From contig OZ316898.1 in the NCBI GenBank assembly GCA_973895155.1, positions 16,088,330 through 16,152,329 of the forward strand: a DNA stretch of 64,000 bases. The letters run 5' to 3'. Made by a program: the position numbers and the translations under genes. The notes under the pieces were generated by a model that was given only the letters and a program-made list of their open reading frames with translations, had not been told where the DNA came from and did no database searches. The DNA comes from Marsupella aquatica. Lineage: Eukaryota; Plantae; Marchantiophyta. Positions 1 to 14,397 of the stretch are shown one piece after another; position 1 is the stretch's first letter; every line of letters begins with the position of its first letter.

Positions 1-1738
1 CTTTTTCGAAATTGAGCTTCAAAAACAGTGCTTCTATCTTCCTGTTGTGCACCCAGTCGCATGTGAGCCAAGCAAGTGATATATTCTCCAAGATATGTCG
101 TCCTGGGATAAAGCCAGTTTGCTGTGGGCTTATAATCTTATGCAAGATAGGCTTCAGGCGCAGAGCAACAATCTTAGCAATGACTTTATAGATGGTATTT
201 AGCATTGTAAGTGGCCGCCACTCCTTAAGAAATCGCTTATCAGATTTCTTAGGGATGAATTTGATGATGCCATCACCAATCTCTGCAGCAAGCACCCCAG
301 TGAGCCAAAATGCTTGGATCATTTCAATTAGGTCCTTACCAGTGAATTCCCAACAGGCTCTGTATACCTCCGCTGTCAATCCATCCGGACCAGGGGATTT
401 GTCGTAGGGTAGCATCCATAGAACATCTTTCACCTCCTGTGCGGATGGCAGTGCTTCCATTTGTGATATCTCGGCAGCTGAAATGGCAAATCGTGTGTGA
501 CTCAAAAGTCTTGTTTGTTCTCTCGTTTGCTTAGACACCTCCGTCTGTGAAGGATCAGGAGGCAAGTAAAGATCCTTACAGAAACGTTCCACTTCCTCCA
601 GAATGCAGCGAGGATCAGTAATCACACTACCATCATCTTTGACCAGAGAGGACATTGCCTCTCTCGAGCGTTTTGCTTTCACAGTGGCAAAAAAGAACTT
701 GGTGGATTTGTCTCCTTCACCCAGCCATTTCACTCGGGCCAATCTTCGGCCTCTTAGAGCTTCCTCAATTTCCGATGCATGCAGTGAGTCTTCAGCATCC
801 ATGTATTCCAGAATTGCATCCTCCGAATGAGAGTCTAAGATTGATAGTTTCAGGGAACGCAATTTGGCCCTTAGGAAAGCTAGCTCTTCCTCACCCGTTT
901 GAGGTTTAGCTTGTAGCTGAATGTACCTCCTCCGAAGCCTTCCACTGGCTAGGGTAAAGCGCAAATGGGGATCCTCGCTCACAACGCCAGCCTTCCAGGC
1001 ACCCTCCAAGAGTAGCAAGTCCTCCTCGCTTCGCAAAAGAGCCGGATTGGCCCTAAAGAACCTGAATTTCCCCCTCTCTCCTGCCAGCACTGTCCCTGTG
1101 AGTCGCAAAGTCAGTATCACCGGATCATGGTCAGACAGAGCCGACCCTCCATTGTGTAGAAGCTCCATAATTTTGCCTGTCCACCATCCCTGCTCACTTA
1201 AGTAGAATTGATCCAGCCTCGACTGCATCAGGTCCCCATTCCGCGTTTGCCTCCAAATAAAACGGGGGAATTGCCGGTGGAATCCTCTCTCCGTTCTGTC
1301 ATGTTGAAGTCACCGCATAGGATCCAATTCTCTTGTGGCAGTACCACCTTCAGGTCATTCCATAGCAATGCTCTTAGTCTAGAGGAGTTAGGGGCATAAA
1401 TGCTAGCAACCCCAAATCTCCCGGATTCCTCTTCCACTACTGCCCATACCTCTCTGCCCATATCTAGCAGTCCAGATGCGACCACCTTCAAGGACGGGTG
1501 AATTAGCAGTGCAGTTCCACCACGTCCCACATCGGGTGCAGAGGAGAAATGTTGAAAATCAGGGAGAATAGCTCGCATGGCCAAATCCAGTCTGAACTGG
1601 TCAGCCTTCACTCCTGGAGTGCAAGAATGCTCAAGGGCTGCTTCAAGGATTTGACCCAATTCTTGACAACGTGCTTCCTGTTGGGTTCGCAAAGACCACA
1701 AACGTTCCAAGATGCAATTCGGAACATTTCATCCATCC
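1..1738 (-). pseudogene. L1 ORF2 (APE endonuclease and start of RT), with stops and frameshifts
   Basis: MDEMFRIASWNVCG begins near 1738. A stop or frameshift follows LALQE at about 1608, and endonuclease motifs continue in ORF 1228-1710. Confidence 0.85.
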
Positions 1739-3224
1739 TCCTATGAACCATCAGTTTAGTCCATAGAAATACCCTACTCTGCTCAAAAATTACCTCATAT
1801 TCGGTTGCGTCCACCCGGGGACAGCCCAAAAGTCCCGCCACCAATGGATCCGCTCGCAGACCGGGTTGGGGAGACACCCATAGAGGAGTCAGGTCCCGCA
1901 TTACGTAACAGGAAGGGAGCCAGTGGAGCTGCTCTTGCAATTCCGCTAGTAACTTGATATTCCAGCAACATAGGTGCCCGCGGTCGCTGCGGGAATCACT
2001 AAGGTCCCAAGGAGGTCGCTCCCCACCCCCTACGTCAGACAGGAAACCCTGTTAGAATGTAAGTGATCGTTGTTTCTTGGCATGACCTTTAGATTTATCA
2101 GTCTTCTCAGTGGGAGGCGTGCAAAGCTCTAATTTACGGGCTTTAGCCTTCTGTTTACTATGGGCGATATAGGCCTCATATTCAGACATCTCTACATCAG
2201 AATCCTCATGGTAAGAGAAGGTAGCATCGTCTCCCCCCTAGAAGAGGGGGCCCTGCAGATCCTCCGTTCAGAAGGAGTCCCTGAAATAGTGATAAGGCAA
2301 GGTGGACCAAAGCAGGGCGCATTAGCATTTAGAGGGGGACCAGGTCCTGAAGGGGCGCTTTTAAGTGTAGCTTGGGGGTTCGCAACAAGAGGATCCATCG
2401 TCTTGCCATCCAAATTTGCAACACCGCGTCCTGCATTAGCCACAGTCACTACCGCGACCGCTGAGGAACCAATTAAGGTTGCCGAAGACCCCAAATTGAG
2501 CATCTGATAGGAGGGGGGGTCCTCCCCAAGAAGCACCGAGACCTGCAGGAGCTGCTCAACTTGGGCAATATCTCCTTCCATAGTGCAAGGTGCCGGTGCC
2601 ACTGTTTTGAGGGCTGCCTTATGTGACGCCGATGACATGGTCCTTATTCTATAATCTGAGTAACTAGGTTGCTGTATGCAAGGAGTAGCTATTGATACTG
2701 CATAACAATTAGCAAACTGACAAGAATAAGGGCAATCATGGCGTTAAGAGTAGGGATAAAGGTATTTCAGCTTGAAGATTGCACAACCAAGGCAGACACA
2801 GTTGAGGTGACTACTGTCAAGGCCACAAAGGAGAAGCTGGGGAAGAGAGGAGGAAGCGAGTCTCCATAACTGAATATGAAGTTGTGTGGTATGGTGATTG
2901 TTCTCATGATAAAATTTGAATGTCTTGGGTGTGTAGCTTCATTTTGTTAGTTAGGTTAGTGGTTCATAGTCTAGTCTTAGAATGTTAGGGAAATAAAAGG
3001 CTATGTCGCGGGTTGTTGGCGACCATATCTCATTCAATATGTCACCAAATCCGGATCTGTAAAGAGCATTGGAAAGATCTGGTCAAGGCGAGTAAAATCG
3101 ATATAAAACACTTGGGAAACGGAGGTGTATTAAGGAAGATACGGCCTGATTAGTGTGACGGGTTAACTTGTGGCCGGAATTAGCGGATTCGGCTTCAGTT
3201 TCGGGTTAACCCAATCTCGGCCAC

Positions 3225-3550
3225 GGCTTAGCTTAGGTAAGCACAGCTTCAACTTAGCTCAGGTAAGCACGGTTTCAGCTTAGCTTAGGTAAGCACGGCT
3301 TCAGCTTAGCTCAAGTAAGCACAGCTTCAGCTTAGGCTTAACCCGGGTTCGGATTAGATTGATCCCGGGTTAGACTTAACTCGGGTTAGCCTAAACTCGG
3401 GCTCAGGTTAGCATAGGTAAGCTCAGGTTCGGGCTCAGCTTAGGTTAGCGGTTAGCGGATAGCGGGTAGCGGCCTAACCCGAGACCACGGGTTAGCTCTA
3501 CTCGGGTTAGATAGGATAGCTAGGTTAGCTATGTAACTCGGGTTAGCGCA
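3225..3550. repeat. Short tandem array (about 26-bp units) followed by GGTTAG/GCTTAG-rich low-complexity sequence inside the LTR
   Basis: About four copies of gcttagcttaggtaagcacggcttca at 3225-3335, then many ggttag and ctcgggttag motifs. Confidence 0.8.
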
Positions 3551-4615
3551 GCAGTGAGTACCCCCTCTTGGTTGCGGGGGCATAACTCTCTGTGTATTTG
3601 ACCAAATTGGCTATAATTGACCTCGTTGGAAAGAGGAGCTCAAGCCGCTTCCAACGCTGCTATCCACGCAGCAAATGGTTGAATAGAGAAATCGGGAGAG
3701 GAGGCGCAAGCTCGCAAAAACCATGGAGGAGGGCCAAATCCGAAGTACATAGCCAATTCGAGATAGAAATAAAGCTGTGAGTTAGGGTTCAGTAGTTAGA
3801 GATAGTGGCGGCTCTGTTAGGGCTGGGATGGGGCTCCAGCAGCGTAGTATCCACCCATTTGGGCTCAGTAGGAGAGGATATAGAGCCCCCCCCCCCGATA
3901 GAGGAAGGGGGGGGACTTCAGTTGTGTGATCTCACTTAGACTGAGCAGCAGGGAGGAGCTCTGTGCAAGCAAGGCTGGACTTGGACGCTGCGTGTTGGGG
4001 AGAGCTTGGTTGTGCTATTACTCAAGGAGTAATCAGCCAAGCTTCACAACTGCAACGGGTTGCTAGGTTTGCGAGCTGGATTGTGGCTCTTTCTAGTGGG
4101 TAGCACAACTGGGTTCTTTTCCCCCGATATAGAGCCTTGGTGATAGGTGATGTATTGGTGATTGTAAACTGTGGGGAGGATTTCAATGTGATTTTCGGTG
4201 AGCACATTAGGGAGGCTGAGATACTGATTGAGGGGCAGCAGGAGGAGCATTTACAATTTAGTCTGGCAAGGCTACGTGATCCATGGGGAGTCCCGGCCTT
4301 TGTCTGGTGGAGAGCACTAAGAGATTTATGGCCAGAGCTGAGCTTGCAGGGCAAGCGTGAGGCCGGGCCTCATTGCAGTCTGGGATAGATCGTTGTTAGG
4401 CCTGGTACCAACTTTGAAGTCGAGTCAACTATGCATGCGTAACTTGACGTTCTGAATTGGAGGTGTGAGATCTGTATGTGCCCCCAAGAATGAAGTGCAG
4501 TGAAGGAGGTTGAGTTCAGGATTGAGTTTGCAAGACAAGTACGGGATTGGTTCGAGTCCAATCTGCCGTCGCAATCTGGAGTGAGCCGGGCTCAGGTTCA
4601 GGATTGAGCTTGCAT

Positions 4616-4685
4616 GGCAAGCACGGGGCTTGCGGGGCAAGCACGGGGCTTGCGGGGCAAGCACGGGGCTTGCGGGGCAAGCACG
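4616..4685. repeat. 20-bp tandem repeat x3.5 inside the LTR
   Basis: ggcaagcacggggcttgcgg repeated exactly; each unit contains the self-complementary pair gcaagc/gcttgc. Confidence 0.9.
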
Positions 4686-5343
4686 TCGCAATCTGGAGGA
4701 GACAACCTTCGGGCCTAGTGTTCGGGCCTAGTCTTCTCAGTGAACTATTGTGCACATTACCACATCTTTGAATCTAATTGAGTTTTCCTCTCAGGCCTCA
4801 TTTCTCTCATGGATGTGTGTGTGTGTGAGGCAATCTGAGTGTATGATGGGACTAGCAGCACCACTGAGAGGTGTACAGGGTGTATTGAAGCGGGTTGGGT
4901 GAGGACTGTCATAGCTCTGATTGCTGAGAGTGGAATGGCATAGTGGTGGGGCAATGGCTTAGAAGTCCCTAAGCCGGGAATCAGTCAGGAGTCACTGGTT
5001 TATGGGTACATTCCGACGGCAGAATAGAAACATACCTATGATAGTAAGCATACGTATAGACCTATGCGCACCGTAGCGCTAGGCCTTGTGTGTACGGGCC
5101 CGATATGAAGACCCCTTCTCACCAGAACTATCATGAGCGCAAATCTTATCCCCAACCTTGGTTCCTTGGGATTGAGCTTGGGTGATGTGTGATAGAGTCT
5201 TGCTATGATAGTTTGGTGTTAAGGGTATAAATTGGTGTTTACCGGCCTTCACAACATCCCTTTGTGATCCTCAGGTACAAGGAGATGGTTTTGACACCCA
5301 TAGTGACGTTTTTGGTGTTAAGACCCATGTCAATCGCGTGACA

Positions 5344-6345
5344 CCTTAGCACAAAAATCGGCCCGCGCGGCTGTATTAGCTTCAGCTTTGAGAACTTCCT
5401 CATGATCTGGTTTTGAATGGCATTTGTCGTCTCTTTCTTCCGGTGGATCCACTCCTGCCTCCAGGTGAACAGCATCGGGTGGACGCAGCCCTACAGTCTC
5501 ACTGTTTGTTCTGCAATCCCTGGCCAGGTGGCCCCGCCGGTTGCACTTGAAGCAATGGAATGGGATATTACGGAAAGTCACCTTTTGCCAGATCACTATG
5601 TCATCCCTGATCTTGATGCGCACACTAGCAAGCACTTCTCTGTCAATGTCCCATAGTATGCAGGCTCGATCGTGAGGGAACGAGCTGAATTAATCCCCCT
5701 GAATGTAATAGAGCAGCGTTCCCAGTGAGCTAGCTATCTTTCTCCTGCATCCTTCAAGTGCCAACGCACGAAAGGGGATCTCAATCCATATGGGGAGTTT
5801 AGTGAAGCATTCCCTCTTAACATCGAAAGACGGGTCCCAGGCAAAGGTGTAAACAAATCTGCGCTCCATGAACCAAGGAGCCAGGTTGAGTGCCATGTCC
5901 CTATGGTCGGGGTTCTCAAAGACTACCATATAGAAATTCTTTCCAACAAATTTAATCTGTAAGACAGGCCAGTTCCCGTGGCACATCATAACCTCCTCCA
6001 CCCAATCTCGAAAGACCGGGAGGAGTGGGGTTCTATCAGTGAAGTAGCATAGCAGGGCACAATTGTAAAGTTGCTTCACATTTCGAGCAGCCTCCGGTAA
6101 TTCCATTCCACAGTGGCAAAGAGCTTCTCATCCAGATTCCCCTTGGAGCTGAGGGCGATCTCTTTCAGAATCCTGATGCATGCTTCCGACGCCTCCTCCT
6201 CGGACAGAACTTCTTTCCCCTCCGTCTTGAGCTCCATGGCGTGATCCATGTCCATTGGCCATTGGGCCTCCAGAGCTGGTGTCGTTCCTGCAGTAGAGGG
6301 AATCCCACTAAGGTGGGCCAATCCAGCAGGAAAGGCCAAGGGCAT
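5344..6345 (-). pseudogene. L1 ORF1 (DUF4283-like region plus CCHC knuckle), continuing left of the solo LTR at 2616
   Basis: ORFs 5690-6106 and 5330-5635. Removing the LTR and one TSD copy restores the in-frame reading ...ADFCAK-AALKTVAP... Confidence 0.8.
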
Positions 6346-8489
6346 CTCTTTCCCGGAGCGAGCATCCTGCGGTGAGAAGCGAGCCGTGGCAGCATCATCC
6401 CCCCCAGCACGGCAGTGACTCCTGGCAGAGGTAAGGCCGGGTCCACCATGTCTAGTAGTGACTCCCCTAAGCAGCTGAATTTCTAACGAGTTTGGTAAAA
6501 CCGTCTCAATGCGGGCCTCTCAATTTATCGCAGCACGACCGCCACGTCCGTTTTGCCGACAATTTAAGGGTCCAGAAGTTTCGTAATAGTCAATCGATTC
6601 ATCCATTGTGCTCAATTTCAATCAAAGGAATGCCTAACAGTATCACGTACCTATCTCAATCCGAGATCCAGCAGTATGCCAGCGCAGGGTAGCCAAACTT
6701 AGTCACCACGAGAACCCGATGGATCCACCTAGTGCCGAACGTGCGCTCAATCAGCCTGAAACGCCAAATTGAGTGACAATAAGTCGCACCAAGCAGCAGG
6801 TCACCCCTCCGCCCACTGCTGCACCCCGTTCGGCCGCAACCAGCAGAGTCGATGGCAGCCCACGCCCTCACGACAAGTAAAGAATGTTCACTCACTGCTC
6901 CAGCAGGAGTCGCTCTGCCCAACCGTAGTCGCTTAATCCATTGATGAGGGTTCCCTCTTCCTCCATCAATCTTGAGATGACACTCTGCAGTCCAGAGTCC
7001 GCTATCCAAAGTTGAAGCAGCCGCGTCCGACTCACGTCCCAGTGGTTTAGATTCAGCCACAATGTCCTTATCTCTCTGATTCTCTCCCCGCATTTGCTAC
7101 TTGAAGAACGTGGTGACCGCTACCAGATAGTTCCAATCTCCCGACATTTATGCCCAAGGTGTCCCAATCGCCAAATCCTTGCGCCTCCCAAGTCCAATAC
7201 AGAGAGATCCACCGCCTACGGAGTTCTCACCAATGCTCGCTTCAAGGGATGAAAAGAGTGCAATTGAGGTTGAGTACGCGCCAGACGCCGAGATGGCATG
7301 CAACACCGTGATTCCAGAGTATTCCCCAGGAGTAATAATCTTAGATCGAGGTACAACATCCCAAGTCAAAGGAGGAAGCGGTAGGCCCAAACGGGATGAC
7401 AAAACGCACCCGCATCCAGTCTAACCTCCGTTAGGGAGCAGCACGGGAGGCCTGTCGATCCGGGTCCAAACACAATCTGAGCCAAAATCCATAGCAGTCA
7501 CTCTCTACGCCCTAAGTCGTGCCCGGGCCGTTTCACTACAGGGCGAGCATTGGAGTTCCAAAAACCCTTAAACCACTGAGGAAACACGCTCCTACCAACC
7601 TCTCAATGATCTTGGCTTGTCGACACCAGCATTTGTCGACAAAGGTCGACAAAGATGAAAAAAGCACCCAAAAAGTGAGCCCCTGACAGCGCCGCCTGTG
7701 CGCTCTCCCAAGCTCGTTCAGTTCAATTTCTCATTAAGGGTAGTGGGTATTAAGAAAGGTTCAGATAAAATTAATATACTATTAAATTCTACTTCACCAT
7801 ACTTACAGATTAACACCTCTTGGAAACTAATTTTTCTATAACATATGATCTTAATATCTCCAAGAGAAAATGAAATAAGAATATCATCTAAACTTCTATT
7901 TAGATCTATGACTTCAATAGAGGACAAAGATAATGCATTCTCACTCCTCTTGGTAAGACACTATTGGGTATACTATTGGCTCATTAGAACTCATAATAGC
8001 AATTGCAAATCAAACTCCAAAGTGATAAGTTAAATGTTGCCTCATGGATGGCTTGTCTAAAAGATGGACTCTAACCACAAACGGGTTACGAAGGGAAAGG
8101 TTAGGGATATCTCTCCCTCTTGGATTTATAATGACTCTCTTGTTCCTTTGCTATCTGGGCCAAATGATGCCCCACTCCTAAGTTCCCAAAGAGACCTTGT
8201 TCTCTCAGGTCCCATCTATAAGTCTATCACTAATCCTTTTGCTATCTGGGCCAAAAGACGCCCCACTACTATGTACATAAGGCAAAAAATAGAAAAGAAA
8301 GATGAAAGATGAAAAGAGGATTGCTTTGACGCATAAATTATCAAAATGTGGAAATGAGGAGAGAGTGCCCCTCACCACTTTATTTATACTAAATCCAATA
8401 GGGCATGGATTACGCCCAAACACTTGGATGAAAGCTAAATGGCACACATCCAACGTAGGAATGTGTGCTGATTCTATTGCAATCAAAAC

Positions 8490-8750
8490 AAAGTGCATGC
8501 AAATAAAATAACTAATGCGTGCACCTAAAATAATTTATGCATGCATGCACCTTGTGGCTTGCATATTTGCTCACCTTACATGCGCATAAAATAACTAATG
8601 CATGCAAATAAAATAATTTGCATGTATTTAAAACAATTTGTGCATGCACCTTGTGGCTTGCACATTTGCTCACCTTGCATGCACATAAAACAACTAATGC
8701 ATGCAAATAAAATAATTTGCATGACTGTATCTAAAACAAATTGTGCATGC
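8490..8750. repeat. About 100-bp degenerate tandem repeat (TGCATG-rich)
   Basis: tgcatgcaccttgtggcttgca.atttgctcacctt.catgc.cataaaa.aactaatgcatgcaaataaaataatttgcatg occurs twice, plus partial copies. Confidence 0.8.
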
Positions 8751-11700
8751 ACGACCCATGGCCGGTCCCAAACAAAGAATGGCTCTCCAACTTAGAATGC
8801 TCCATAGTTAGGGTACCCAAAACTAGTGGGGAAGGAGTATTTCACGACTTCAAGAGCTCTACCATGGAGCTCCTTGGCAGTCCTCAAAAGTAAAGGATTG
8901 TCTTGAAAATAGTTTACCCATGCATCCATGCGAGAGCAGCCTCATCATATGTGGACGGGTGGGAACAAGCACATAATTATGACTGTAGAGGATGTCTCTA
9001 ATGTCTACACACTATCAAAGTGTCTATCTATGGCTAACAATGATGCCTCTATCGCTGATGGGTGAACAATAGATGTCATAGCCGCACGTGCCATATGCTC
9101 ATGTCCTCCAAACTTGTAACCTCTAAAAACACTGGATGCCTCTGTTAAATGCAAACATACAATCATTAATGGTGGTTGTTTTTGTTATAGCAAGCAAGAG
9201 GAGACAATAGTATGGAGGCGTACATGTTGTCGCTAAAAATTGCAAACATTACCTGCTGTGGAGGGGATACATATCGACCGTGGGTCCCACAATGGCTCAA
9301 GATAGTAGACTAATCTTGATCCACCACTCCCTTGCACTGTCTGCATGGGCAAGGGGTCTTTTGCAGTGGAACATATGAATCCATAGCAGCCATAGTAGCA
9401 ATCTCCACACGAGTCGACCAAGGTAAAGAACCAGAAGATGTGGATGAAGACTGACGTTGATGACGATGATGTTGTCGTCTCGATACATGATGATGGCATC
9501 GCCTCCAATCCCAATGAATTGGCAAATCACTACGGTTGTCATGACAATCTTGACTCCTGCTCCAATGTCTGTATCGATGGCAAGATCTATCATGAGACCT
9601 CCACCTCCCATCCCCATCTGAATTTGAGTCGGACATGTCCCTCGGCATGCTTGGAAATCCAGGCAAAGTAGGAACCATTACCATAAACTTGCCACAAACC
9701 CTAAACCCAAGACTCGACTATGTTAACATCGTATAGAACAAAGTAATTTATAGCATTAACAACCTTCTAAACAACGTCAACTATGTCATATGTTGCTCCA
9801 ACAATGTTACTTACGAGTGTGTTCCCAACAGACATAAAGCATTAAATACATCATATGGAAAGACGCAATTAGCACAACAACGTCGTTAAAATGACGTTAA
9901 TTAGTTAAATGACATGAGCCCAAGGCTTCAAGCAGTGGGAACGGGGACCAAGGGAAGGAAAGTAGGGGAATGGAAGGAAGATGCCCCCATTGTAAACCTC
10001 CACATTCAAAACAATTCACATTCAGGTTTTACATGGAATAGTGAGCAACAACAATGGTAGGGGTTCCTTTCTCACTGAACTTTGATGCAGAGAAAGTTAA
10101 GAATGGAGATGCAGAAGACATTGAGAAGGTGCACACAACAATGGAATCAACAAACCCAATGATAGTAGCTTTCACACACAGCTGGAAGTTCATGGGATTA
10201 CCGGATGGAAGCAAGGAGTCAAAGTTTGAATGCTTACAAGCGTTTGGAGTGCGAGGTCTCATTGGAGGAGGATGTGGGACCAGTTCTTGTTGCTCACGGA
10301 TACTCTATAGATCTTCTAGGACCCTTGGCTCCTCCTCCTCCAGACTTAGGACCTTGGGACGATGTTACCGTTGGCGTTTTTGACACCCAGGTCCCCCTAC
10401 AGCCCACGCCAGTCCAAAGTCAGGTTCATGTAGTCCAGATCGAGAGGACAATGACGAGAACAAACTCCTTTGATTAGTTTGTCTTTAGAGAGAGATGAGC
10501 AAAGAAGAAGGAAGGGGAAGGAAAGAGATAGAAGTGACAGAGTGAGCAATGGAAGGAGTGAGAGAAGACGAGAAAGAAGGCGAGATCACACCACTGAGAG
10601 TGAGAGGAGGACCAGACGACACTCACCATGAGAACGTCATGGCAGGGGTCAAAATGAGCGCGCATCACATCCTCCATTGCAAACAATCAAGTTGTTAGTG
10701 TTTGATGTGGTTCTAGAGGTCCTTGATGAGAAAGGCCTGACAAACCGCGTGAAGTTGGTCCTTGGCCGACACTGTCCCAACTAGACCATCTGGAAGGACC
10801 TACAAAAGGACAGGCAGAGGTTGCAGCTCATTATCAATAATGTGCAGGTCGGATTCAAGAATGGCCGAGAGATAAACTACTTGCACCTCAAGTCAAAGAT
10901 CATCATTCTCCCACTTGGCCAATTGTCGCTTCAGGTGGAAAGAGAAGGTACGGGACCTCTAAGATCGGACCACAAAACAGTACAACCAACCTGAAGGGAT
11001 GGCCGAGGCTGACTTTTAGATTATAGTGAAGGAGCTCACAACAGCACCTGACACACCAACGAGACGCCGTGCACGAGTGGGGGATGCTGCCACTCAACAG
11101 CGAATGTCGCAACCCAGGAAAGTGGTCACCAACTACTGGGGACAAGGCGAATGGAGGGGGTTTCTTGCCAAATATGTAAGTGTGCCTGCCTCAGTTTTTT
11201 TCCCAGTTTAACGTCGGTTTTCAGCTGCCACCAAGGAAGATAGCGACCACCTAGTTTGGTGTAGATCATCACGATCTAGTAGGGATGCGAGGCATCGTCA
11301 TTGGAGTGCTAGGTAGGATAGTGCTATATTAGGATAGTGCTATGTAGGCCACAATTGTAAATAATTTTTGTCATCTTAATCACGATTCATTTTGTGCGTG
11401 TATACACTATGTTATATTCTGAGTTATATTCTCGGCATCCCACAATACATACATGTCTGATCAAATTGTAAACCCAACCACCAATTGGCAGCAAAAAATA
11501 ATATAATCCACATTGAAACGTCGTGCCTCGACCAGAACTTACCCTAATACTAGAGGACGTAAACACAATAACGTCCTCCATCGTACGATACTTTTCCACG
11601 TACCAAAGGATGTTTCTTAAACTAACGTCTTCCAGTGATTGGTTCTTTACCCTAACTACTACGATGTTACATCATGTTAATGACTCATGCCACGACGTTT

Positions 11701-12210
11701 GTTACCAAAATCAGTACATCTGACAACGCCTTTTGCATCCCCCTGTCGTTCACAAATATATGCTTCAAGGCCGATGATATGTCATTTTACATCCTCTTGT
11801 GCTTGGAAACTATCCTTGCATGTCACAATGTATGGGAATGTCTTATTGGGGGCCGTAAATACCATCCCCTGGTTTGCGTTAGTGGGTACAATGTACACAG
11901 ACGATGTAAAAACCCGTATGAAACAACGTGGGAGACGATGTTAAAAGCTTTAAAATGTAGTTGTGCTTCCAGAACCTATTCAAATGCTTAGTGGTTCTTA
12001 CCTTCTGGAGAGGCGGTTGACTGAAGAATTTAAGGTTTGGAAGGCGCAACCAGGTATGGAAAACTTGAACTCAAACCACACCCCTAAATGCTACGTCGCA
12101 AGCTCCGGGTAGCGCAGAAGAACTGATAGCTGAGCAAGAGATCGTTCAAGAAGAACTTGGTGTGTGTCAATAGAATAAGGAGGAGTGTCTGGGACCTCAT
12201 TTATATGAAG

Positions 12211-13532
12211 TGTCACGGGGGAAGAGCCGACTTGGTGTGGAATGGTAAAAAGGAGCTATGGAGTGAAAGTGGTACATTTTAAAAACATTTAAACCTTACT
12301 TGAAGCTTATTCAGGTCTATCTGTCACCCCTTAATCCATTTAAAGCCTCAAAGGAACGTTATGGAAGAAAGCTAAAAAGTTTGAGTTTGGAAGGAAGAAT
12401 CGCTTCGGACAAACAATCGCTTTCGAATAAATCCAAAAGAAATCACTTTGGGAGGAAGCTGGAGAATCGCTTTGCAGAAAAACTGGCAGAAAAATCGCTT
12501 TGAAAACTGCATAATCGGTTTAAACTTTCGGCAGAAATTTTGACGAACGATTGCGGATCGGTCCGATGTCGGTTTGAGGAGATTTTTGGTGTGTTGGAAA
12601 GCTCTTGCCAAGGACTATAAGGATAATTTTAGTTTGGACCCAAAAGAACAACTTCAAAATATCATTAACCGATTCTCCAGGATATTTCAACACTTGTTTG
12701 TTAAAACCGTTTCACATCTCTTTTCCACCTCTTGAGCTTTCCCATTAGTTTATTAGAGTAGGATATAGAGAGACATAGTTTAGTACACCCTTCGGAATTA
12801 GATTTAGAGAGTCTTAGACTTATCTTACCTTTTAGGACCTTAAGTTTAGATGAGAAAAGGTTTTTAGTCTTTTAAACCTTTTGGCATCTCAAGCCTATTG
12901 AGGGAGGCACAACTGGACTCCCAAGACCATTTTTCATTGTCTTTCCTTGGAATGTTAAGCCTTGACCATTTTGGGTCTTTCTCTCGTGCCAATCTTGGGC
13001 TTAGGAGAGAGGCTTAAACCAAAAGGGATTGTACCACACTTTTGCATTGAAGTATAACTTTTGCCTCAAAGTTCAATGTATTGAATGGATGTCAAAAGTT
13101 ATGGATGATTCATAAGAACCATGGATTTGTAAGAGAAAACTTTGATATCTAGGGAAAGGAGAATTGTAGTGAGTCATTTGATGTAAATCCGATCTCTACT
13201 GGAGTATATGGAAGTCAATGATGAATGAAAATCAGAATACCTATTGATAAGAAGTTAGATCTTATGAATTTGGTGATCCAAGAGTCTCTTGGAGAATCGC
13301 TTTGGAAACTTGCATAATAAAAGAGTAAAGAAATTGCTTTAGGATTTCAATTCATCTAAAACCGCAGTAAATCGCTTTCCTTATTCCTTATGGAACCAAA
13401 TCTTGGTTGTTTTGAGCAAGATCTTACTCATTTGGTGTTGTTCTACTTACCACACTTGGATGCCAACGTCCTTCAGTCGCGTGGGAAGAGCCAACTTGGA
13501 TACCAAAGTCCCTACACAACTCGGGCGTGAGA
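12211..13532. mobile_element. Possible LTR-derived segment
   Basis: Begins tgtcacg and ends near cgtgaga; contains LTR-typical cggatcggtccgat...ttggaaagctct sequence. No TSD found. Confidence 0.35.
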
Positions 13533-14397
13533 GACTTAATCATACATCTTGAGGAGGAGGACATTGTGGCTAACGCATGGACATGCAGTTACGGTTTATT
13601 CATGTGTAGTATCCTATCACGAGGTGGAATAGTTGGGATTCTGTACTGGGTACCACACTTAACTGATTGCATGGAGTAGTGTGATTAGATTAGCGATTTT
13701 GTTGGCCTGCTGGACGGATCCGTTTCATCATAAAATATTAGTACGCATGGGAGATGATGGATATTTAAGTGAGGTTTTCTAAACGTGGGATTCTGCTAGT
13801 CCGTAATTTACAGCCTCATGTAAGAACCTTCGGGGTTGGATGATTTTGTTCAATTCTGGGAAGGATGTCAATTATTGCTCTGGAATAAGGTTAAGTGTTG
13901 TACTTGTTGGCAAGCTGATCTTTTTTCCATCATATTCTTACACCATTCTAAATCGAAGAGATTAAGCCAATCTTGTAAGAAGTTATTAATAGTCTTACTT
14001 ACTAGTTACTAGTGTAAGAGGTGGGGTGTCCTAGCTAGGCATAGTAAATAGGGTTGCTTTTTGAGTAAATCTTTGTTCATGGAGAAAATGTTTTACTTTT
14101 TGCTCGCACTTTACAATTACCCCACTTCCATATTGTATTCGATACTTAAGTCACACTTCCATTTGACACAGAAAGCCACAATGCTCCCCGATCACAGTGG
14201 AAAGTTTCATCTTTTACATGGTACGGTCTTTGTTTGTGTTGTTGTTCGAGTACGCTTGTCGATCCGTCGACCATTGTTCGCAAACTCTCTCATTTGATTA
14301 TCGAGCACGCGCTGATTGGCGATGTTAGTGAAGTGGCGAGGGACTCAGACCAGTTCTGCTTTCACTGCCTGCATCGGAGATATTAAGGGGAAGGGTA

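Larger units (their letters stand above)
2622..5343. mobile_element. Solo LTR (about 2.7 kb, probably Gypsy-type) inserted in L1 ORF1
   Basis: Termini TGTGACGC...GCGTGACA, with imperfect inverted repeats of about 19 bp. Perfect 5-bp TSD CCTTA at 2617-2621 and 5344-5348. No retroelement coding domains inside. Confidence 0.85.
1..7716 (-). mobile_element. Degenerate plant L1-clade LINE, interrupted by a solo LTR; 3' part runs off the left edge of the window
   Basis: Minus-strand ORF1 fragments with DUF4283-like sequence and a zinc knuckle (CFKCNRRGHLARDC). ORF2 endonuclease motifs (IASWNVCG, LALQE, GRGGTALL, WILCGDFN) and RT N-terminal motifs (KSPGPDG, WRPLTMLN, QQTGFIPGR). The 5' boundary is approximate, taken from the GC shift near 7720. 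Confidence 0.85.

Noticed and set aside
3340-3550. GGTTAG-rich tract as interstitial telomere
   Set aside because: Motifs are scattered and degenerate and lie inside a TSD-bounded solo LTR.
9233-12000. Several 60-120 aa ORFs as host genes
   Set aside because: No recognisable domains or consistent exon structure; probably decayed TE-derived sequence that I cannot classify.
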